Source: Acholeplasma sp.
GTDB taxonomy: Bacteria > Bacillota_I > Bacilli_A > Acholeplasmatales > UBA5453
DNA: 25,827 nucleotides
Direction: 5' to 3'
Assembly (NCBI GenBank): GCA_036677365.1
Contig: JAVBWN010000010.1
Coordinates: forward strand, 1 to 25,827
In this document: positions 1 to 9,614 of the stretch, piece after piece
Numbering within the stretch: the stretch's first letter is position 1
Layout: each line of letters starts with the position of its first letter
Translations under genes and position numbers: made by a program
Notes under the pieces: generated by a model
The model's input: only the letters and a program-made list of their open reading frames with translations
Database searches by the model: none
What the model was told of the DNA's origin: nothing

Positions 1-140
1 TATACATTTTATGACACTATTTAATTATATATAATTTTCACAATACGCGTATTTAATACCAAGTTTATAGTAGAATTATATAAAACTGATTGAAAGAACA
101 TTCGGAAAGCGAACAGTAAAAGATGAACTTTCCTAGTAAA
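1..140 (-). mobile_element. Putative mobile-element end module (box A 111-140, 79-bp spacer, box B 1-31), inverted homolog of 25482-25621; truncated by window edge
   Basis: Reverse complement of 111-140 (tttactaggaaagttcatcttttactgttc) matches 25482-25511 at 28/30. Reverse complement of 1-31 matches 25591-25621 at 26/31. The offset between boxes is 109 bp in both copies. Confidence 0.6.
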
Positions 141-141
141 C

Positions 142-170
142 AAAAAAATCACCTCCAAAAGGAGACGATT
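142..170 (-). terminator. Rho-independent terminator of the response regulator gene
   Basis: Minus strand reads aatcgtctcc-tttt-ggaggtgatt (10-bp stem with two G-U pairs) followed by a U-run, just after the stop at 182. Confidence 0.75.
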
Positions 171-181
171 CGAAGTTGTGA

Positions 182-865
182 TTATTCTTTAAATTGATAA
201 CCAATGCCCCAAATGGTTTGAATGATTTCAGGGTTGGTAGAATCTTTTTCGATTTTGTTACGAATGCGTTTCATGTGCACGTTGATGACATTTTCATCGT
301 CATAGTAGGGCTCATTCCATACCGCCTCATAGAGTTCTTTTTTAGTAACAATCTTGTTTGGATGGTTAAAAAAGAGTTCAAGAATTTTCGCTTCTTTTTT
401 GGTGAGTGGTATCTCTAAACCATGGTTATAAAACATGTAATTATATAAATGAAATTCCAAGTCACCGATGGTTTTAATTTGTTTGTGATCAACATTGGTC
501 ATACGGTAACGTCTGATTGCGGCGTGGATTCTCGCGATGAATTCTAACATTGAAAATGGTTTGGCAAGGTAATCATCCGCACCTAGAGTCAGCATTTCTG
601 CTTTATCGACATCGGTGTTTTTCGCTGAGATGACCAATATGGGCGTATTCGCACTTTTACGAATGGCTTCAATGATGGACTTACCTTCGATATCGGGTAA
701 AATCAGATCCAATACGACCAAATCAACCGATGATTTTTCAAATTGAAACATCGCTTGTGCCCCATCATATGCTGACAAAACTGTGAAATTTTCTTTTTTT
801 AAAGCCTCTAATAAGATTTTGTGGACTGTTTTGTTATCCTCTACCAAAAGAATTTGTGCGCTCAT
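182..865 (-). CDS. OmpR/PhoB-family DNA-binding response regulator (227 aa)
   Basis: Receiver motifs ILLVED, LVVLDLILPD, ISAK and DDYLAKPF; winged-helix C-terminus TIWGIGY. Start moved to ATG 865, which follows an AGGAGGT RBS. Confidence 0.93.
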   Translation of the reverse strand: MSAQILLVEDNKTVHKILLEALKKENFTVLSAYDGAQAMFQFEKSSVDLVVLDLILPDIEGKSIIEAIRKSANTPILVISAKNTDVDKAEMLTLGADDYLAKPFSMLEFIARIHAAIRRYRMTNVDHKQIKTIGDLEFHLYNYMFYNHGLEIPLTKKEAKILELFFNHPNKIVTKKELYEAVWNEPYYDDENVINVHMKRIRNKIEKDSTNPEIIQTIWGIGYQFKE

Positions 866-959
866 AAACGACCTCCTAATTCTTACATTTATAATATCAC
901 AATTAAATCTTAATACGAGCCAGGACATTAAAATGTAATATTTTTATAATATTTGAGGA

Positions 960-3900
960 TCAATCTCGATAGAAATCCACCGACACCAAATGATCATACA
1001 CCGCTTTGAGTTCGATCAATAGCTGATGGACATTTTCTTGAATTAAGTCCGTCAACCCTTGTTTATATAACCTCATGATGTCTTGACAACGTTTCGCTGC
1101 TTTTTCAGCGAAAATATAATTGGTAGAACCTTTGAGATAATGGGCTGTTTTTTCAATCGTAACATAATCATCTTTGATCAGTGCTTGTCTTAACTTATCG
1201 GCTTGTTCCTGATAATCTTCTGCAAATGTTTTTAAGATTTCATAAATCAAAGCTGCATCCCCATCATAAGCGTCAAACAGCGTTTTTTTATTGATTTCAC
1301 ATAAATCCGTTTTTTGTTCATTTTTCTTAAGGTGATCTTCAAACACAGATTTCATCATCTCAAGCAACAATTCCGGCTTGAATGGTTTGGTGATTGACCG
1401 ATTCATACCATAAGCCAGTGCTTTTTCATTGGCTGCTTCTGTGGCGTTCGCCGTGACCGCGATGATCGGAATATCATGGAATGTTCCACCGAGGGATCTA
1501 ATTTTTAAGGCAGCTTCATAACCATCCATTTCAGGCATTTGGATATCCATTAAAATGATGTCGAGACTCATCAGTTTGGCCCTTTCAATGGCTTCCATAC
1601 CAGAGGAGGCAAGTATCACATCTAAGCCTGCTTTCGACAAGATGACTTGCATCGCTTGGCGGTTGACTTTATTATCATCCACCACAAGTGCCTTTTTATG
1701 TTTTAATATAGATTGGTCCATGTGGACTTTAATTGGGGGTTTTTGTTCTTTGGCGTGAAGCAAATGTCGAACACGTTCCCTGGTGGTTGGCATCGTTAAG
1801 ACATAATCAACCGACTTTTCTACTAAGTCGTGTTTACTGTGAGTGGCCGCATCTATAGAACATAAAACGATTTTTGTATGGCGGTCGCCGAGTTTTTTAA
1901 TCCACTCGAAAACCTCATCTGCTTCAAGTTCTTCCATATTTCTTTGAATGATGATGAAATCATACTTACGACTACTGTCTTGGTTTGTTGCATATATATC
2001 CACATGGGGTGACATCGATTCAAAAAAGCGTTTCGCCATTTGAGCCTGTTCGATGTTTGAATTGACAATGACAAATCGCTTGTCTTGTAACGCGTGATTT
2101 TGGTTAGGCTTATGACGAACGCCCAAGGTAAATGTCATGGTGAAACCAAAGGTAGACCCTTTACCCAGTTCAGAATCAATCTCGAGTTCACTGTGAAAAA
2201 GGTCTAATAGGCTTTTAACAATCGATAAGCCCAACCCTGTACCAGGGTATTTTTTGGTTAAGGATGAATCCACTTGGAAAAATTGGTCTGTAATTTTTGA
2301 AATCACTTTTCTTGGAATACCAATCCCCGTATCGACCACTTCGATTTTAATGGTCATGGTATGGTCATCTTGTTGAATTTTCTTGGTTCGGAGGATGACT
2401 GTACCTTTTTCTGTGTATTTAATCGCATTCGAGACCAAATTCAGCATGATTTGTCGAAAACGGGTCCGGTCGGTGATGATCTCATCAACAATGTCATAAT
2501 CAAACTCGAATAGAATGCGCAATCCTTTTTCAATTGCGACATATTCTTGCATCTTAATGATTTGATAGAGTTCATTCTCCAAATCAAACGAACTCATCTC
2601 TAGTTCAAGTTTACCTGCTTCAATTTTGGCTAAATCCAAAATATTATTGACGATACGGCTTAAACTTTCCACCGAGGCTTTCGCGATTTCTAAATAATCG
2701 GATTGTTCAGGCGTCAGTTCTGTATTTTTTAATAAATACATCGCATTCGTGATGCCTGAGAGTGGGGTTCTAATTTCATGGCTCATGTTGGCTAAAAATT
2801 CACCTTTTGCTTCCGATGCACGTAATGCATTTTGCTTTTCTTGAACCAACATATTTTGTTGTGTTTGCTTGACTTTAAGGTTGACAATCAATTCTGCCAA
2901 GACCTTCAGAAGTTTTTGTTCATCGACTGTCCATTTTGCATAGTCTTTGACCGCGTCAAATCCGACAAAACCATAGATTTTTTCATCGTCATATAGTGGG
3001 ATTGTTAATAAAGATTTGATGTCTTGCATCTTCAAGACACGGTAAAGTTCGGAGTCGTGATTCATTTGTTCGATGTCGGGAATATAGACGGATTCTCGTT
3101 TTAGGTGGTTATCCATCCAAAATGCATCGATCATTTCAATCGGTTGATTTTGCAACAAATCAATGACTGGGTCAATCCCTTCATTACAATATTCATGGGT
3201 ATTGTTGGTGATTCCACGTTCAAAATCATAGTCAAATACATACACACGGTCCGCATGGATGTGTTTACCTACCATCCCTAAACCTTTAGATATCGCTTCA
3301 TTGGCTTGTTCCACGGGTACGTTAATGAATACGGAAGCGATTTGAATGAGAATGTCTTGGAAATCATAACTGCGTTTCAATTCATTTTCGATTTTTTTGA
3401 TATCGGTAATGTTTTTATTGATGGTGATGATGCCTTCGATTTGGTCACCATCAGATACAGGGATACGTGTACTTTCAACGGTTAAAAACCCTTGTTCTGA
3501 TAATATTTCAATGACAGAGGTTTGAGGGGTTTGTAACTCGTAAACTTTGTTATCCATTTCGGTTATTCGTTTAACTTCTGTACTTGGGTAGACTTCGCTG
3601 ACGTGTTTATGGATCAATGTGTCTAAGTGTGGCCAACGTTCAATGGCTTTTTTATTGGCGTAACGATAGACTTGCTTTTTATCTTTGTATGCAATCATAT
3701 CGGGTGAATGGTCGAGGATCAACGTCAAAAACTTGACATATTGTCGATAACTGACCGTCTTCCAAGTGGTTTCAAGCAAATATCGATCAATATTGGTTAA
3801 ATGCGGCAGTGGTCCATCAACGATCAAATAACTGTCATTCGATAGTTCAATGATATGGTAAGGGGCAACATAGGTTTGATGCGTATGGATGGCTTGAAAT

Positions 3901-4079
3901 ATGCCGGTCACATCAGACACATTTTCAGGGTAACAAAACGGTTTATTGTAGCGAATACCGTAAAAGTGTAACGCATGACATTGAAAGAAAGACCTCAACT
4001 GTTCGACATAGGTATAGGAATCTGCCTTGGTCGAAATCAATGTTTTCAATAATTTTAGTAACGCATCTGTGGCTTGCAT
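960..4079 (-). CDS. Cytoplasmic hybrid sensor histidine kinase (PAS-GAF-HisKA-HATPase-degenerate REC-REC-HPt), about 1039 aa
   Basis: H-box FLANMSHEIRTPL; N/G boxes NLVSNAIKYT, DTGIGI and GTGLGL; receiver LVVDDN..ILMDIQMPEMDG..KP; HPt-like AHYLKGS. PAS-like and GAF-like segments lie N-terminal. Start placed at the ATG after an AGGTGA RBS. Confidence 0.92.
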   Translation of the reverse strand: MQATDALLKLLKTLISTKADSYTYVEQLRSFFQCHALHFYGIRYNKPFCYPENVSDVTGIFQAIHTHQTYVAPYHIIELSNDSYLIVDGPLPHLTNIDRYLLETTWKTVSYRQYVKFLTLILDHSPDMIAYKDKKQVYRYANKKAIERWPHLDTLIHKHVSEVYPSTEVKRITEMDNKVYELQTPQTSVIEILSEQGFLTVESTRIPVSDGDQIEGIITINKNITDIKKIENELKRSYDFQDILIQIASVFINVPVEQANEAISKGLGMVGKHIHADRVYVFDYDFERGITNNTHEYCNEGIDPVIDLLQNQPIEMIDAFWMDNHLKRESVYIPDIEQMNHDSELYRVLKMQDIKSLLTIPLYDDEKIYGFVGFDAVKDYAKWTVDEQKLLKVLAELIVNLKVKQTQQNMLVQEKQNALRASEAKGEFLANMSHEIRTPLSGITNAMYLLKNTELTPEQSDYLEIAKASVESLSRIVNNILDLAKIEAGKLELEMSSFDLENELYQIIKMQEYVAIEKGLRILFEFDYDIVDEIITDRTRFRQIMLNLVSNAIKYTEKGTVILRTKKIQQDDHTMTIKIEVVDTGIGIPRKVISKITDQFFQVDSSLTKKYPGTGLGLSIVKSLLDLFHSELEIDSELGKGSTFGFTMTFTLGVRHKPNQNHALQDKRFVIVNSNIEQAQMAKRFFESMSPHVDIYATNQDSSRKYDFIIIQRNMEELEADEVFEWIKKLGDRHTKIVLCSIDAATHSKHDLVEKSVDYVLTMPTTRERVRHLLHAKEQKPPIKVHMDQSILKHKKALVVDDNKVNRQAMQVILSKAGLDVILASSGMEAIERAKLMSLDIILMDIQMPEMDGYEAALKIRSLGGTFHDIPIIAVTANATEAANEKALAYGMNRSITKPFKPELLLEMMKSVFEDHLKKNEQKTDLCEINKKTLFDAYDGDAALIYEILKTFAEDYQEQADKLRQALIKDDYVTIEKTAHYLKGSTNYIFAEKAAKRCQDIMRLYKQGLTDLIQENVHQLLIELKAVYDHLVSVDFYRD

Positions 4080-4171
4080 TGGAATCACCTGCTTAGGTCT
4101 ATTTTATCAAACGATGCGCCTAAATCTAACAATTATATTAATAATCATGTTGAAATTAATTCTAATTTAAG

Positions 4172-4203
4172 AAAAAGCAGGCCTCACGCGGAGATGCCTG
4201 CTT
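4172..4203 (-). terminator. Terminator overlapping the plsC 3' end
   Basis: aagcaggc...gcctgctt inverted repeat followed by ttttt on the minus strand. Confidence 0.65.
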
Positions 4204-5020
4204 GTTTTTGTCCGTTCTTTACGGGTGTTTTTTCTTTGATGGTTTGGTTAACCAACTTCATGACATGGTCAGCCAAATCGGTGGTACTCATGGCTTCATA
4301 GGTTTCTTTATATATCGGTTCATGGATGATCACTTTAATCTTCGTCGTGCGCCAAGGGGCACGGTATTTTACATCTGTGGTTCCAATCAGGGTAATCGGA
4401 ACAATCGGTGCTTCGGCTTTGGTAGCTAATTTATAAGCCCCAGCACGCATCGCGACCATTTGCTCATCGTTACGGTCTTTGATTCCACCTTCAGGGAAAA
4501 TCGCCATAATCATCCCATTTTTGATTTGTTCGATGCCTTTTAGAATGGATTTTGCGGCTTCACGGTTGTTTTCACGATCGATTTGAATACAACCAAACCA
4601 AGGCATGTAATTGCGGATGACAGGCAGTTTATAGATGCCTTTTTTTGCAGCCATGCCCGCTGGACGGTCTAACAATTGATATAAGATAAATGGGTCAGCA
4701 TACGATTTATGGTTGGCATACATCACAAAACTACCTGAGGTAGGTAGTAATTCTTTACCCTCTACGGTCAATTGAAGACGCAAAGCAAAAATCGAAACAA
4801 ATTTCGCAATACTTCTGATGTAGTAGTGTTTGAATCGATTATCTACTTTCGTGAATTTCATATAAGGCATCATCGCTACCAAGAGTAAGACCATCGATAG
4901 CCAAGCCAAGCCATACCCAACAATCAACCAAATTGGAATCATCCAAAGTTCTGAGGAAGTCAATCCGAAAAAGAAGCCAGCACTCAAAAACCAAATGATG
5001 ATAAATAACGTTGTAATCAT
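4184..5020 (-). CDS. plsC: 1-acyl-sn-glycerol-3-phosphate acyltransferase (PlsC family)
   Basis: NHKSYADP (HX4D) and FPEGG motifs, with two N-terminal hydrophobic helices. Confidence 0.85.
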   Translation of the reverse strand: MITTLFIIIWFLSAGFFFGLTSSELWMIPIWLIVGYGLAWLSMVLLLVAMMPYMKFTKVDNRFKHYYIRSIAKFVSIFALRLQLTVEGKELLPTSGSFVMYANHKSYADPFILYQLLDRPAGMAAKKGIYKLPVIRNYMPWFGCIQIDRENNREAAKSILKGIEQIKNGMIMAIFPEGGIKDRNDEQMVAMRAGAYKLATKAEAPIVPITLIGTTDVKYRAPWRTTKIKVIIHEPIYKETYEAMSTTDLADHVMKLVNQTIKEKTPVKNGQKQAGISA

Positions 5021-5490
5021 ACAATCACCTTTTCATAAACACAAAACCGTAGCACATCTTCTTTATCTTCTTGGATTAAGCGGTATTGTGATAAATCAAA
5101 CTGCGGGAAATAGACATTGCCTTCATGGGACTTGTCAATAAATGTGATGTAGAGTTGGTCAGCGTATGGCAAGCTTAAACGGTATATGGTTTTGCCACCA
5201 ATCACAAACAACTCATCAGAATAATTTTTTAGAAATGCATCGATGTCGGTGACTTTAATGGCGTCCTCAAAGACACGGTCTGAGATGGATGCGATGTACA
5301 ATTGACCAAAAGGAAGCGGTTTGTCTTTGTAATAGGATTTCAATGAATCGTAGGTCATGTCGCCCATCAAGACAGGTTTTCCTTTGGTTTTTTCTTTAAA
5401 GTAAGCCAAATCTTTTTTGTAATGCCATGGCAATTGGTTGTCTTTTCCAATCAACCAATTTTGATCCATCGCCCAAATGAGTTTAATCAT
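5017..5490 (-). CDS. folA: Dihydrofolate reductase
   Basis: [18 protein letters not shown] and YFP DHFR motifs; overlaps the thyA stop. Confidence 0.93.
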   Translation of the reverse strand: MIKLIWAMDQNWLIGKDNQLPWHYKKDLAYFKEKTKGKPVLMGDMTYDSLKSYYKDKPLPFGQLYIASISDRVFEDAIKVTDIDAFLKNYSDELFVIGGKTIYRLSLPYADQLYITFIDKSHEGNVYFPQFDLSQYRLIQEDKEDVLRFCVYEKVIV

Positions 5491-6353
5491 ACAGCCACAA
5501 CCCCTTTGATGGCAGGGTATGGGTTATAGTCTACAAGTTCGAAATCTTCAAATTTGAAATCCGTTATGTTTTTCACATTGGGGTTGATTTTCATTTTTGG
5601 CAAAGCACGTGGTGTGCGTGTCAATTGTAAGTTGATTTGGTCAAAATGATTGGAATAAATGTGGGCATCCCCAATGGTATGGACAAATGTACTTGGTTTC
5701 AAGCCAGTGACTTGCGCAACCATCATTAAAAATAAACTGTACGAAGCAATGTTGAATGGAATCCCTAAAAAGATATCCCCACTACGTTGATACAGTTGTA
5801 GCGACAGCTCACCCTGATTGACATAGAATTGCATAAACGTATGACACGGTGGTAAAGCCATCTCTGGTAAATCTTTCGGATTCCATGCTGAAAGGATGAT
5901 TCGTCTAGAGTCAGGGTTATGCTTGATTTGACGAATCACTTCCATCAACTGGTCTACCCCGTTAAAATTGCGCCATTGTGCCCCATAAACAGGACCGAGG
6001 TTGCCATGTTTTTGTGCAAAAGCATCGTCAGTCTTGATTTTTTGGACAAACTCATCCATGGTTTCATTTTGATATTCCGATGATTTTTTAAACTTTTCAT
6101 AAGGCCATTCATTCCAAATGCGTACATCATTGTCGACCAAGTATTTGATGTTGGTATCGCCCGCGATGAACCACAACAATTCATGGATGATGGCGCGTAA
6201 ATACACTTTTTTAGTGGTTAATAAAGGGAAACCTTCGGATAGATCAAAGCGCATTTGATAACCAAATACACTTTTGGTGCCTGTGTTTGTGCGGTCAGCT
6301 TTTTCGGTGCCATGCGTCATCACATGACGACATAGATCGAGGTATTGTTTCAT
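5487..6353 (-). CDS. thyA: Thymidylate synthase
   Basis: [15 protein letters not shown], catalytic [20 protein letters not shown] and DAHIY. Confidence 0.97.
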   Translation of the reverse strand: MKQYLDLCRHVMTHGTEKADRTNTGTKSVFGYQMRFDLSEGFPLLTTKKVYLRAIIHELLWFIAGDTNIKYLVDNDVRIWNEWPYEKFKKSSEYQNETMDEFVQKIKTDDAFAQKHGNLGPVYGAQWRNFNGVDQLMEVIRQIKHNPDSRRIILSAWNPKDLPEMALPPCHTFMQFYVNQGELSLQLYQRSGDIFLGIPFNIASYSLFLMMVAQVTGLKPSTFVHTIGDAHIYSNHFDQINLQLTRTPRALPKMKINPNVKNITDFKFEDFELVDYNPYPAIKGVVAV

Positions 6354-7729
6354 TATTTTGCCAATTGGTACAAGGCATCGGCGTAAATCGCGATGCTCAT
6401 GAAGAAATCATCCAAAATGATGTATTCATCCTTTTGGTGAATGTAGCTAGGCTTGTTAGGGAAGTGCGGACCGAACGCAACAGAGTTTTTCATGGTTCTT
6501 GCGAATGTACCACCACCGGTAGTCAGTGGCTTCGCTTCGTGATCGTTAGAATACTTCTTATAGGCAGTCATGAGGGTTTGAATCATTTCAGATTTAGGGT
6601 CAACATACAACAATCTTTGGTGTTTCCCCAATACAACTTTCAATCCAAGGGATTCAAATGCGGTTTCGAATCGTTTGATGAATCTTTCTGGATCAACACC
6701 GTTTGGATAACGTGGGTTCAAAGTAATTTCAAAGAGATTGTTTTCAAGTTTAAATACCCCAGCATTGACGGTGACTGGACCCATTTCTTTATCGAGATAG
6801 TCCACACCAATCTTCACGCCTTTGGTATCATCGAGTAAATACGTATTGATGGCATCCACAAACGCATTATTGATGCCTACTTCATTGAAGAAATGAACCA
6901 TCAAATAGGCAGCGTTCACACCTTCATCCGGTGTCGAACCGTGGGCACTCTTACCATCGACTTCCAGCACCAAGCCTTGTTCCGATAAGCTTGCTTTACC
7001 GACTAATTTTTTATGTTTAAGAAAGTCTTCAAACTTGGATTTTAATGATACATCAGAAACCACTGCCAATGCGTGGTCTGGCACCATATTATCACGTAAA
7101 CCCGCATCAAAACGAATCAATTTGGATGGCTCGATTTTGCCTTTAACAACGACTTTTAGGATCCCTTTTTCACCGTAAGTGAGTGGGAATTCGGAATCTG
7201 GGATGAAACCTGCCACGGGTTGTTCAGGGTATTGTTTGAAATAATATTGCACACAACGCCATGCGGTTTCTTCATCGGTGCCAAGGATCAATTTGATGCG
7301 TTTGGATAGAGGCATGCCCAGGTCTTTCAATATTTTCATGGCATAATAGGCTGCCAACGTAGGGCCTTTGTCATCTTCTGTACCGCGACCATACATCTTG
7401 CCATCGGCAATCACTGCACCGTAAGGTGGGTAAGACCAGCCTGAACCCGCTGGTACGACGTCTAAATGTCCAACCATACCGACATAGGCATCTTGATTGC
7501 CATATTCGATGTGGCCTGCATAATGGTCCGCATTGAGGGTGTTAAATCCATCGCGTTTGCCTAAGTTTAACATGAATGTGAGGGCAGCATCGATGCCTTC
7601 ACCAAACGGTGCATGTTTACGATTTGGGTCAAATGTGGTTAATTCAGAATTAATTTGAATGAGCTCTGTGAGGTCTTTCAAAATAGCCGCTTTGCGCTTT
7701 GTCACTTCTTCAACAAAATTAATGTTCAT
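6353..7729 (-). CDS. pepV: M20 family dipeptidase PepV (458 aa)
   Basis: [22 protein letters not shown] and GGGTFAR. Start moved to ATG 7729 after an AAGGAG RBS. Confidence 0.88.
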   Translation of the reverse strand: MNINFVEEVTKRKAAILKDLTELIQINSELTTFDPNRKHAPFGEGIDAALTFMLNLGKRDGFNTLNADHYAGHIEYGNQDAYVGMVGHLDVVPAGSGWSYPPYGAVIADGKMYGRGTEDDKGPTLAAYYAMKILKDLGMPLSKRIKLILGTDEETAWRCVQYYFKQYPEQPVAGFIPDSEFPLTYGEKGILKVVVKGKIEPSKLIRFDAGLRDNMVPDHALAVVSDVSLKSKFEDFLKHKKLVGKASLSEQGLVLEVDGKSAHGSTPDEGVNAAYLMVHFFNEVGINNAFVDAINTYLLDDTKGVKIGVDYLDKEMGPVTVNAGVFKLENNLFEITLNPRYPNGVDPERFIKRFETAFESLGLKVVLGKHQRLLYVDPKSEMIQTLMTAYKKYSNDHEAKPLTTGGGTFARTMKNSVAFGPHFPNKPSYIHQKDEYIILDDFFMSIAIYADALYQLAK

Positions 7730-7748
7730 AATATCAACTCCTTTTTTA

Positions 7749-7777
7749 ATTATACCAACAAACCCCCACTTACACAA
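7749..7777 (-). promoter_or_regulatory. Sigma70/A promoter for pepV-thyA-folA-plsC
   Basis: TTGTGT-17 bp-TATAAT, with an extended -10 (TGgTATAAT) on the minus strand. Confidence 0.55.
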
Positions 7778-7804
7778 TCGATTTAAAATGGAAAAAGACC
7801 CTTT

Positions 7805-8161
7805 TCAGGCGTCTTCTTCAGGACATGATGGGCTTGATTTAAATGTACTGGAAAGGTGTATTACCCTTTCACCGACGAGTTCAATGACTGAAATGACTTT
7901 ATTGTTGGCCAGTTCGAGTTTTTTGGTTTGAAGCCTGCCGCGGATTGCAACCATAGACCCTTTCTTACAATAATTTTCAATGATTTCAGCTGAACCTTGC
8001 CATAGACTACAACCGATGAAATCTGTTTCGTATAAACCTTCCATATTCTTAAATGCGCGTTGAACCGCAATTTGAATATCCGATACTTTTTTGCCATCTT
8101 CGGTGGTTTTGACGATTGGGTCATGGGTGAGTCTTCCGATCAAAGTAACTTGATTGAGCAT
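7805..8161 (-). CDS. ssb: Single-stranded DNA-binding protein, short form (118 aa)
   Basis: MLNQVTLIGRLTHDP, ETDFI and KGSMVAIRGRLQT OB-fold motifs; AGGAGG RBS. Confidence 0.9.
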   Translation of the reverse strand: MLNQVTLIGRLTHDPIVKTTEDGKKVSDIQIAVQRAFKNMEGLYETDFIGCSLWQGSAEIIENYCKKGSMVAIRGRLQTKKLELANNKVISVIELVGERVIHLSSTFKSSPSCPEEDA

Positions 8162-8256
8162 TGTTTACCTCCTTGTCTTTGATTATACTTAAAATGTTTA
8201 GTTTACCTAATCGCAGAATTGATACACATAATACGATATTGAGCCTAATTATATAC

Positions 8257-8284
8257 AAAAAAAGGAAATCCAATTTGGATTTCC
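8257..8284 (-). terminator. Rho-independent terminator after ymfH
   Basis: ggaaatcca-N3-tggatttcc hairpin followed by a 7-U run on the minus strand. Confidence 0.8.
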
Positions 8285-8313
8285 ATTTAATCGTGTTTTA
8301 ATTTATATTTTTA

Positions 8314-9612
8314 TCAAACCGAGGCTTTTTGGGATTTCGCAGGCATAACAACAAAACTTGCAATACGCTTAGGATGAATATCTTTTGCAATCGCTTGGAT
8401 ATCTTCGATGGTCACAGATTCGATGATTTCAGGGACTTCAAACATCGATACACCATTTGCCAAATAATTGGTAAAACCCATGGATATGGATTCTAAACTA
8501 TTCAAACTCATGATGAATGACCCTAATGTGCTCTTCTTTTGACGTTCGAATACCACGGGGTCATGTTTTTGTCGTTTTAATGCCAAAATCATTTTGGTCA
8601 GACGTGACTTTAATAAAGTTGGGTCGACGGTATCACCAAAGAATGCCATGGTAAACGCTTGTTCTTCTTCGATGCTGGTGTATTCAAAAGACTCATTGAT
8701 CAATCTTGAATTCAACAATTGTTGATAATTCTTGGTTGAATTCGAAAAATACATGTCCATTAAAATGGCTAAAGCGATGTCCTTCTTTAAAGCATCTTTT
8801 CCAGAAGCTGGGGTCAATTTGACACCTAAAGCCAGTTTAGGCATCACCACAGGCATTTCAATTTCAGCGTGTGCCGTGCGAATGGCTTTGGGTTCTTTCG
8901 GCATGAAGCGTTTGATGGGCTCTTGGTATTGATAGCCCTTGTTTGCTTGATTGTCTTCAATCAGTTTTAACATAGCATCCGGGTCAAAATTGCCGACCAA
9001 TACCACTTCCATATTGGAAGGGTGGTAAAAGGTTTCATAGGCATCATACAGCTTTTTCGCTGTGATCTTATGAATCGATTCCACGGTACCACCAATTTCT
9101 ACATGCATTGGATGCTTTTGGTATAAGTTTTGAAGTAACCCGTAAAATAGTCTTTGGTTTGGGTAATCGGCATACATTCTCAATTCTTCCGCAATAATCC
9201 CTTGTTCCTTTTTGACCGATTTCACGGTAAAGTATGGCGTTTGAACAAAATCAAGTAGATAATTTAATGCACCTTCAATGTTTTTAGTACCTGAAAACAA
9301 ATAACTGGTACGATCAAAATTGGTATAAGCATTCGCATTCACACCGAATTTTGATAATGTTTCAAACGCATCGGTTTTGTCTGGCATCGAAAACATCTTA
9401 TGTTCTAAGAAGTGGGCGATGCCTTCAGGTTGATTGACCTTCTTTCCTGTTTTTGGAGAGATAAAACTTTGGTCAAATGACCCATAGTGGGTGGTAAATG
9501 TGGCGAAGACTTTATGAAAGTCATTCTTTGGAATCATGTATACTCTTAAACCATTTTGCAGGGTATGTTGATATACAGATTCATTCAAGTGATTATAATA
9601 AACTTTTTCCAT
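8314..9612 (-). CDS. ymfH: M16 family zinc peptidase, active subunit (YmfH-like)
   Basis: Inverted zincin motif GIAHFLEHKMF, plus NAYT, KEQGIIAEE and FYHPSNM. Confidence 0.85.
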   Translation of the reverse strand: MEKVYYNHLNESVYQHTLQNGLRVYMIPKNDFHKVFATFTTHYGSFDQSFISPKTGKKVNQPEGIAHFLEHKMFSMPDKTDAFETLSKFGVNANAYTNFDRTSYLFSGTKNIEGALNYLLDFVQTPYFTVKSVKKEQGIIAEELRMYADYPNQRLFYGLLQNLYQKHPMHVEIGGTVESIHKITAKKLYDAYETFYHPSNMEVVLVGNFDPDAMLKLIEDNQANKGYQYQEPIKRFMPKEPKAIRTAHAEIEMPVVMPKLALGVKLTPASGKDALKKDIALAILMDMYFSNSTKNYQQLLNSRLINESFEYTSIEEEQAFTMAFFGDTVDPTLLKSRLTKMILALKRQKHDPVVFERQKKSTLGSFIMSLNSLESISMGFTNYLANGVSMFEVPEIIESVTIEDIQAIAKDIHPKRIASFVVMPAKSQKASV

Positions 9613-9614
9613 GA

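Noticed and set aside
111..128. GAAC-N10-GAAC in box A as a LexA box
   Set aside because: It does not match the Bacillota GAAC-N4-GTTC spacing or orientation.
866..928. Longer N-termini given by the ORF track (also for pepV, deoD, surE, yggS, tgt, mutY, phosphatase, nitroreductase and kinase)
   Set aside because: Downstream ATGs have clear RBSs or stop-start coupling and match family N-termini.
5990..6110. Extra segment in ThyA relative to the E. coli enzyme
   Set aside because: It corresponds to the known variable small-domain insert of Lactobacillus/Staphylococcus-type thymidylate synthases.
6287..6838. 183-aa plus-strand ORF and the other short ORFs overlapping annotated genes
   Set aside because: All lie antisense to, or out of frame within, well-supported genes and lack protein motifs.
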